Below the pieces are notes generated by a model that worked only from the letters and a program-made list of their open reading frames with translations, searched no databases and was not told the origin of the DNA. The translations under genes were made by a program, and so were the position numbers. Of a stretch of DNA of 64,000 nucleotides, positions 55,901 through 64,000 are shown in pieces (the first letter of the stretch is position 1; each line of letters starts with the position of its first letter). The stretch is from Isurus oxyrinchus (Eukaryota), in NCBI GenBank assembly GCA_026770705.1, contig JANJGN010000016.1:88412001-88476000 (forward strand), given 5' to 3'.

Positions 55901-56195
55901 GTATCAGTGGGGACATCACCATGAAACAGCCTCCCCTGGTGTCAGTGAGCCTGGGCCAGACCGCCAACATCACCTGTACGGCCAGTCAGTCTGTTAGCAG
56001 CTATGTGAGTTGGTACCAGCAGCGAGAAGGACAGAAACCGACTCTCCTGATCTATACGGCAACAACTCGATTCACAGGAACATCCGAGCGATTCACCGGC
56101 AGTGGATCTGGCACTCAATTCACCCTGACAATCAGCAATGTACAGAATGAGGATGTCGCTGATTATTACTGTCAGCAATACAACAGCTTCCCCTA
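55901..56195 (+). CDS. IGKV: Unrearranged Ig light-chain V segment, kappa / shark type III (NS4-like); intact frame
   Basis: GISG|[94 protein letters not shown]; conserved Cys (55975), Trp of WYQQ (56011), DYYC Cys (56170). The 12-spacer RSS on V is the kappa configuration. Confidence 0.96.
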
Positions 56196-56223
56196 CACAG
56201 TGATACAGAGCCTGACAAAAACC
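56196..56223 (+). promoter_or_regulatory. V recombination signal sequence, 12-bp spacer
   Basis: CACAGTG (56196-56202) + ATACAGAGCCTG (12 nt) + ACAAAAACC (56215-56223): perfect consensus heptamer and nonamer. Confidence 0.99.
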
Positions 56224-56228
56224 TCAAT

Positions 56229-59200
56229 ACACACAGCACCACCACCTGTACTGACACATCCCACAGTTATATAGAATATATAATAATGGACACACAGTCC
56301 CAACTCCTGTACTGACACATCCCACAGTTATATAGAATATATAATAATGGACACACAATCCCACCTCCTGTACTGACACATCTCACAGTTATATAGAATA
56401 TATAATAATGGACACACAGTCCCACCTCCTGTACTGATACATCCCACAGTTATATAGAATATATAATAATGGACACACAGTCCCACCTCCTGTACTGACA
56501 CATCCCACAGTTATATAGAATATATAATAATGGACACACAGTCCCAACTCCTGTACTGACACATCCCACAGTTAAATAGAATATATAATAATGGACACAC
56601 AGTCCCAACTCCTGTACTGACACATCCCACAGTTATATAGAATATATAATAATGGACACACAGTCCCACCTCCTGTACTGACACATCCCACAGTTATATA
56701 TAATATATAATAATGGATACACAGACCCACCTCCTGTACTGACACATCCCACAGTTATATAGAATATATAATAATGGACACACAGTCCCACCTCCTGTAC
56801 TGACACATCCCACAGTTATACAGAATATATAATAATGGACACACAGTCCCACCTCCTGTACTGACACATCCCACAGTTATATATAACATATAATAATGGA
56901 CACACACTCCCACCTCCTGTACTGACACATCCCACGTTATATATAATATATAATAATAGACACACAGTCCCACCTCCTGTATTGACATGTCCCACAGTTA
57001 TATAGAAAACATAATAATGGACACACACTCCCACCTCCTGTACTGACACATCCCACAGTTATATAGACTATATAATAATGGACACACAGTCCCACCTCCT
57101 GTACTGACACATCCCACTGCTATATATAATATATAATAATAGACACGCAGTCCCACCTCCTGTATTGACACATCCCATAGTTATATAGAATATATAATAA
57201 TGGATACACAGACCCACCTCCTGTACTGACACATCCCACAGTTATATAGAATATATAATAATGGACACACAGTCCCACCTCCTGTACTGACACATCCCAC
57301 AGTTATATAGAATATATAATAATGGATACACAGACCCACCTCCTGTACTGACACATCCCACAGTTATAGAGAATATATAATAATGGACACACAGTCCCAC
57401 CTCCTGTACTGACACATCCCACAGTTATAGAGAATATATAATAATGGACACACAATCCCACCTCCTGTACTGACACATCTCACAGTTATATAGAATATAT
57501 AATAATGGACACACAGTCCCACCTCCTGTACTGACACGTCCCACAGTTATATAAAATACATAATAATGGACACACAGTCCCACCTCCTGTACTGACACAT
57601 CCCAGTTATATAGACTATATAATAATGGACACACAGTCCCACCTCCTGTACTGACACATCCCACAGTTATATAGAATATATAATAATGGACACACAGTCC
57701 CAGCCCCTGTACTGACACATCCCACAGTTATATAGAATATATAATAATGGTCACACAGCACCACCTCCTGTACTGACACGTCCCACAGTTATATAGAATA
57801 TATAATAATGGATACACAGACCCACCTCCTGTACTGACACATCCCACAGTTATATAGACTATATAATTATGGACACACAGCACCACCTCCTGTACTGACA
57901 CATTCCACAGTTATATATAACATATAATAATGGACACACACTCCCACCTGCTCTACTGACACATCCCACAGTTATAAGAATACATAATAATGGACACACA
58001 GCACCACCTCCTGTACTGACACATCCCACAGTTATATAGCATATATAATAATGGACACACAGTCCCACCTCCTGTACTGACACATCCCACAGTTATATAT
58101 AACATATAATAATGGACACACACTCCCACCTCCTGTACTGACACATCCCACAGTTATATAGAATACATAATAATGGACACACAGCACCACCTCCTGTACT
58201 GACACATCCCACAGTTATATAGAATATATAATAATGGACACACAGTCCCACCTCCTGTCCTGACACATCCCACAGTTATATATAGTATATAATAATGGAC
58301 ACACAATCCCACCTCCTGTACTGACACATCCCACAGTTATATAGAATATATAATAATGGACACACAGTCCCACCTCCTGTACTGACACATCCCACAGTTA
58401 TATATAATATATAATAATGGACACACAGTCCCACCTCCTGTACTGACACATCCCACAGTTATATATAATATATAATAATGGACACACAGTCCCATCTCCT
58501 GTGCTGACACATCCCACAGTTATATAGAATATATAATAATGGACACACAGTCCCACCTCCTGTACTGACACATCCCACAGTTATATATAATATATAATAA
58601 TGGATACACAGACCCACCTCCTGTACTGACACATCCCACAGTTATATAGAATATATAATAATGGACACACAGTCCCACCTCCTGTACTGACACATCCCAC
58701 AGTTATACAGAATATATAATAATGGACACACAGTCCCACCTCCTGTACTGACACATCCCACAGTTATATATAACATATAATAATGGACACACACTCCCAC
58801 CTCCTGTACTGACACATCCCACGTTATATATAATATATAATAATAGACACACAGTCCCACCTCCTGTATTGACATGTCCCACAGTTATATAGAAAACATA
58901 ATAATGGACACACACTCCCACCTCCTGTACTGACACATCCCACAGTTATATAGACTATATAATAATGGACACACAGTCCCACCTCCTGTACTGACACATC
59001 CCACTGCTATATATAATATATAATAATAGACACGCAGTCCCACCTCCTGTATTGACACATCCCATAGTTATATAGAATATATAATAATGGATACACAGAC
59101 CCACCTCCTGTACTGACACATCCCACAGTTATATAGAATATATAATAATGGACACACAGTCCCACCTCCTGTACTGACACATCCCACAGTTATATAGAAT

Positions 59201-60462
59201 ATATAATAATGGATACACAGACCCACCTCCTGTACTGACACATCCCACAGTTATAGAGAATATATAATAATGGACACACAGTCCCACCTCCTGTACTGAC
59301 ACATCCCACAGTTATAGAGAATATATAATAATGGACACACAATCCCACCTCCTGTACTGACACATCTCACAGTTATATAGAATATATAATAATGGACACA
59401 CAGTCCCACCTCCTGTACTGACACGTCCCACAGTTATATAAAATACATAATAATGGACACACAGTCCCACCTCCTGTACTGACACATCCCAGTTATATAG
59501 ACTATATAATAATGGACACACAGTCCCACCTCCTGTACTGACACATCCCACAGTTATATAGAATATATAATAATGGACACACAGTCCCAGCCCCTGTACT
59601 GACACATCCCACAGTTATATAGAATATATAATAATGGTCACACAGCACCACCTCCTGTACTGACACGTCCCACAGTTATATAGAATATATAATAATGGAT
59701 ACACAGACCCACCTCCTGTACTGACACATCCCACAGTTATATAGACTATATAATTATGGACACACAGCACCACCTCCTGTACTGACACATTCCACAGTTA
59801 TATATAACATATAATAATGGACACACACTCCCACCTGCTCTACTGACACATCCCACAGTTATAAGAATACATAATAATGGACACACAGCACCACCTCCTG
59901 TACTGACACATCCCACAGTTATATAGCATATATAATAATGGACACACAGTCCCACCTCCTGTACTGACACATCCCACAGTTATATATAACATATAATAAT
60001 GGACACACACTCCCACCTCCTGTACTGACACATCCCACAGTTATATAGAATACATAATAATGGACACACAGCACCACCTCCTGTACTGACACATCCCACA
60101 GTTATATAGAATATATAATAATGGACACACAGTCCCACCTCCTGTCCTGACACATCCCACAGTTATATATAGTATATAATAATGGACACACAATCCCACC
60201 TCCTGTACTGACACATCCCACAGTTATATAGAATATATAATAATGGACACACAGTCCCACCTCCTGTACTGACACATCCCACAGTTATATATAATATATA
60301 ATAATGGACACACAGTCCCACCTCCTGTACTGACACATCCCACAGTTATATATAATATATAATAATGGACACACAGTCCCATCTCCTGTGCTGACACATC
60401 CCACAGTTATATATAATATATAATAATGGACACACAGTCCCACCTCCTGTGCTGACACAGTT
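56229..60462. repeat. 61-bp minisatellite, about 69 copies, inside the V-J spacer
   Basis: Unit ACACACAGTCCCACCTCCTGTACTGACACATCCCACAGTTATATAGAATATATAATAATGG; register shifts by 1 nt per 60-nt line; begins ~5 nt after the V nonamer. Confidence 0.98.
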
Positions 60463-60717
60463 AAACAGAAGATATAATAAACACAAGAAAAGAAACTGAA
60501 CAAATTATTTTCACTGTCCACTACACACTCCAGTCCCTGCGGTGTTCACCACTCACTTAAATCCTCAAGTTTATCTCTTACTCTCCATGTCCACATATGA
60601 AGAGCAGCTGGAAGATTTACCATTTGAAAATCAAGTCCCCAGCTCTCTCGAGCACTGCTGCACATAATTCAGAGAGAGAGACAATGAGAGAAAGAGAGAT
60701 AGAGAGAAAGAGTTCAT

Positions 60718-62205
60718 GGTGAGAGTGAGTGAGAGACAGAGAGAGGGTGAGAGTGAGTTAAAGGTGAGTGTGAGTGAGAGACAGAGAGAGGGTGAGGGTG
60801 AGTTAAAGGTGAGTGTGAGTGAGAGACAGAGGGAGGGTGAGAGTGAGTTAAAGGTGAGTGTGAGTGAGGGACAGAGAGAGGGTGAGGGTGAGTTAAAGGT
60901 GAGTGTGAGTGAGAGACAGAGGGTGAGAGTGGGTTAAAGGTGAGTGTGAGTGAGAGACAGAGGGTGAGAGTGAGTTAAAGTTGAGTGTGAGTGAGGGACA
61001 GAGAGAGGGTGAGAGTGAGTTAAAGGTGAGTGTGAGTGAGAGACAGAGAGAGGGTGAGGGTGAGTTAAAGGTGAGTGTGAGTGAGAGACAGAGGGAGGGT
61101 GAGAGTGAGTTAAAGGTGAGTGTGAGTGAGAGACAGAGAGAGGGTGAGAGTGAGTTAAAGGTGAGTGTGAGTGAGAGACAGAGAGAGGGTGAGAGTGAGT
61201 TAAAGGTGAGTGTGAGTGAGAGACAGAGAGAGGGTGAGAGTGAGTTAAAGGTGAGTGTGAGTGAGAGACAGAGGGTGAAAGTGAGTTAAAGGTGAGGGTG
61301 AGTGAGAGACAGAGAGAGGGTGAGAGTGAGTTAAAGGTGAGTGTGAGTGAGAGACAGAGAGAGGGTGAGAGTGAGTTAAAGGTGAGTGTGAGTGAGAGAC
61401 AGAGAGAGGGTGAGAGTGAGTTAAAGGTGAGTGTGAGTGAGAGACAGAGGGTGAGAGTGAGTTAAAGGTGAGTGTGAGTGAGAGACAGAGAGGGTGAGAG
61501 TGAGTTAAAGGTGAGTGTGAGTGAGAGACAGAGAGGGTGAGAGTGAGTTAAAGGTGAGTGTGAGTGAGAGACAGAGAGGGTGAGAGTGAGTTAAAGGTGA
61601 GTGTGAGTGAGAGACAGAGGGTGAGAGTGAGTTAAAGGTGAGTGTGAGTGAGAGACAGAGAGGGTGAGAGTGAGTTAAAGGTGAGTGTGAGTGAGAGACA
61701 GAGAGGGTGAGAGTGAGTTAAAGGTGAGTGTGAGTGAGAGACAGAGAGGGTGAGAGTGAGTTAAAGGTGAGTGTGAGTGAGAGACAGAGAGAGGGTGAGG
61801 GTGAGTTAAAGGTGAGTATGAGTGAGAGACAGAGAGAGGGTGAGAGTGAGTTAAAGGTGAGTGTGAGTGAGAGACAGAGGGTGAGAGTGAGTTAAAGGTG
61901 AGTGTGAGTGAGAGACAGAGAGAGGGTGAGAGTGAGTTAAAGGTGAGTGTGAGTGAGAGACAGAGAGAGGGTGAGAGTGAGTTAAAGGTGAGTGTGAGTG
62001 AGAGACAGAGAGAGGGTGAGAGTGAGTTAAAGGTGAGTGTGAGTGAGAGACAGAGAGAGGGTGAGAGTGAGTTAAAGGTGAGTGTGAGTGAGAGACAGAG
62101 AGAGGGTGAGAGTGGGTTAAAGGTGAGTGTGAGTGAGAGACAGAGAGAGGGTGAGAGTGAGTTAAAGGTGAGTGTGCGTGAGAGACAGAGAGAGGGTGAG
62201 AGTGA
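60718..62205. repeat. 45-bp (41/43-bp variants) purine-rich minisatellite, about 33 copies, inside the V-J spacer
   Basis: Unit GAGAGTGAGTTAAAGGTGAGTGTGAGTGAGAGACAGAGAGAGGGT; 15-aa periodic pseudo-ORF SVSERQREGESELKV; length variants by AG slippage. Confidence 0.97.
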
Positions 62206-62226
62206 CTGAGTGAAGCAGAGAGCTGA

Positions 62227-62265
62227 GGTTTTTGTACAGCCCCTGCACTGGAAGCTCTCAGTGTG
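62227..62265 (-). promoter_or_regulatory. J recombination signal sequence, 23-bp spacer
   Basis: On +: GGTTTTTGT (62227-62235, perfect nonamer) + 23 nt + CAGTGTG (62259-62265; reads CACACTG on -, 6/7 match with essential CAC intact). Faces the V 12-RSS, so joining would be deletional. Confidence 0.97.
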
Positions 62266-62300
62266 GGTTACGTTCGGTAAAGGAACCAAACTCAGACTGA
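62266..62300 (+). CDS. IGKJ: Ig light-chain J segment: VTFGKGTKLRL(S)
   Basis: FGXG motif; phase-1 consensus donor A|GTAAGT at 62301; FGKGTKLRL is the shark kappa-type J signature. Missed by the ORF track because it is short. Confidence 0.96.
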
Positions 62301-62799
62301 GTAAGTAAACCCCAATCCTCCCTTATTAACCCTTTCAATACTAAAACTTTCTCAAACACTAATGCTGAATAGTTGAAGGTGTTAGTGAGGAGCTGCAGTG
62401 AATGAAATGGTTCAGTGAACAACACTGTGTATAACAGGGTGCCCAGCTGTATTTCTTTCATTACATTCCCCCCTTTAAGCAGCAAGATAGAAATAACCAA
62501 CTTTTACCCACCGTCTAGAGGAGATCTGGATGTTTGCAGACTGTGCTGACATTGCTGCACCATGGACTGAAATCACTCACTAGACTCCTGTCAGTCTCAG
62601 TGTGACAGACACGGGCAGAGTTTGATATGAGCTCCGGCTCCCTCTCACAGTCTCTGATATAACTGATCACAGCACCAGCACAGTGAGACACCGAGGTCCC
62701 ACCTCCCCAGTGTTTATGCTTCACTTGAGCCGACTCCCATCTTCCCTCATTTAAATCTATTATTGCAACCCTACAATCCCTTCTTGCTCTTTTGCTTGA

Positions 62800-63254
62800 A
62801 AACAAAGAAAACTGCGGATGCTGGAAATCCAAAACAAAAACAGAATTACCTGGAAAAACTCAGCAGGTCTGGCAGCATCGGCGGAGAAGAAAAGAGTTGA
62901 CGTTTCGAGTCCTCATGACCCTTCGACAGAACTTGATTTCGAGTCCAGGAAAGAGTTGAAATATAAGCTGGTTTAAGGTGTGTGTGTGGGGGGAGGAGAG
63001 AGAGAGAGAGACAGAGGTGCTTGTGTAGACAAAAAAGCAGTGATAGAAGCAGATCATCAAAAGATGTCAGTAACAATGGTACAAAAGAACACATAGGTGT
63101 TAAAGTTAAAGTTGGTGATATTATCTAAATGAATGTGCTAATTAAGAATGGATGGTAGGGCACTCAAGGTACAGCTCTAGTGGGGGTGGGGGGAGCATAA
63201 AAGATTTTAAAATATTTAAAAATAATGGAAATAGGTGGGAAAAGAAAAATCTAT
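62800..63254 (-). mobile_element. Penelope-like element terminal remnant in the J-C intron
   Basis: GATGCTGGAAATCC...AAAACTCAGCAGGTCTGGCAGCATC...GTTGACGTTTCGAGTCC...CCCTTCGACAGAACT resembles an abundant elasmobranch repeat end; it contains a minimal hammerhead, a known hallmark of Penelope-like elements. No RT or GIY-YIG coding sequence is visible, so the class is inferred. Confidence 0.6.
62895..62933 (-). ncRNA. Minimal type-I hammerhead ribozyme-like motif with variant core
   Basis: Minus strand: AGUU-CUGUCGA-A-GGGUC-AUGAG-GACUC-GAAA-CG-UC-AACU; stem I AGUU/AACU, stem II GGGUC/GACUC, palindromic ACGU stem III, GUC cleavage triplet. Confidence 0.65.
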
Positions 63255-64000
63255 AGTGCTTGTCCAGCTTCCCCTTAAACACATCCATACTATTCACTTC
63301 AACCACTCACTGTGGCAGCGAGTTCCACGTTCCCACCACTCTCTGGTTATTGGATTTCTTGATGATTATCTTATATTGATGGCCTCTAGTTCTGCTCTTC
63401 CCCATAAGAGGAAACATTCTCTCTGTATCTAATCAATCAAAACTTTTTAGAATTTTAAAGACCTCTATTAGATCAACCCCTCAGCCATCTTTTATCAAGA
63501 GAAAAGAAACCCAGCCTGTCAATCCTTTCCTGATTTTATACCCACACATTTCTGGGATCATCCTTTTCGATCTTCTCTGCACCTTCTCCAGTGCATCTAT
63601 ATCCTTTTTATAACAAGGTGACCAGAACTGCAGGCAGTATCTAAGTGTGGCCTAAACAAGGTTCAATACAGGTTAACAAAACTTCCTCCTTTTCAACTAT
63701 ATCCCTCTAGAAATAAACCCTTGCGCTGGGTTTAATGTTTATGTCCTTGCTAACCTGTGACACAACTTTTTGTGATTGATGTATTTGTATTCCAATATCC
63801 CTTTGTTCCTCTATCCCCTCAGGTTGGCACCTTCAAAATAATAAGTGACCTCACTGTTCCTTCGATCAAAATGGACTACCTCATATTTATCTGCATTGAA
63901 CTTCATTCACCAAATAATTCCCCATTTTGCAAGATTATTAATGTCCTCCTGTAATTTGTTGCAGTTCTCCTCAGTATTGACCATTCCCACTCTCCCAATT
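63255..64000 (-). mobile_element. CR1-clade LINE ORF2 3' portion (decayed), runs off the window
   Basis: Minus-strand motifs EENCNKLQEDINNLAKW, MKFNADKYEVVHF and VVGTWNSLPQ*VVEVNSMDVFKGKLDKH. Confidence 0.88.

Noticed and set aside
55783-56274. 163-aa single-exon ORF as given in the track
   Set aside because: Its N-terminus is leader intron and its C-terminus reads through the RSS; the real structure is leader 55666-55714 spliced to V 55901-56195.
60718-62205. Class-switch-like region or telomeric repeat
   Set aside because: No AGCT/GAGCT density or TTAGGG runs, and light-chain loci do not class switch.
62679-62685. Perfect heptamer CACAGTG in the J-C intron (possible kappa-deleting-type intron RSS)
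   Set aside because: No nonamer; a lone 7-mer is expected by chance in CA-rich DNA. Would merit a look only if conserved across clusters.
62301-64000. Constant-region exon or additional J segments
   Set aside because: No C1-set motifs or second FGXG/RSS found; the region is unique intron followed by TE remnants, so C presumably lies beyond the window.

Overview
Eukaryotic DNA, almost certainly from a cartilaginous fish (shark-type sequence signatures), and about 85% tandem repeat. The only credible gene is an unrearranged immunoglobulin light-chain cluster of the kappa type (shark type III/NS4-like) on the + strand. It has a promoter (55509-55605), leader exon (55666-55714), V exon (55901-56195) with a perfect 12-RSS, and a single J (62266-62300) with a 23-RSS and splice donor. 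No C exon is seen before the window ends. The 6.0-kb V-J spacer is almost entirely two minisatellites (61 bp and 45 bp). Upstream lie a 43.8-kb array of a 36-bp satellite with nested higher-order duplications, a ~60-bp satellite with an inverted internal block, smaller minisatellites and decayed CR1/L2 LINE and SINE fragments. The J-C intron holds a Penelope-like remnant with a minimal hammerhead ribozyme motif that has a variant core. Nearly all ORFs in the supplied track are repeat artefacts. I found no wholly new gene system. The best leads are the repeat-inflated V-J spacer with RSS-like monomers, a stop codon created by a flush V-J join, the composite promoter and the variant hammerhead.
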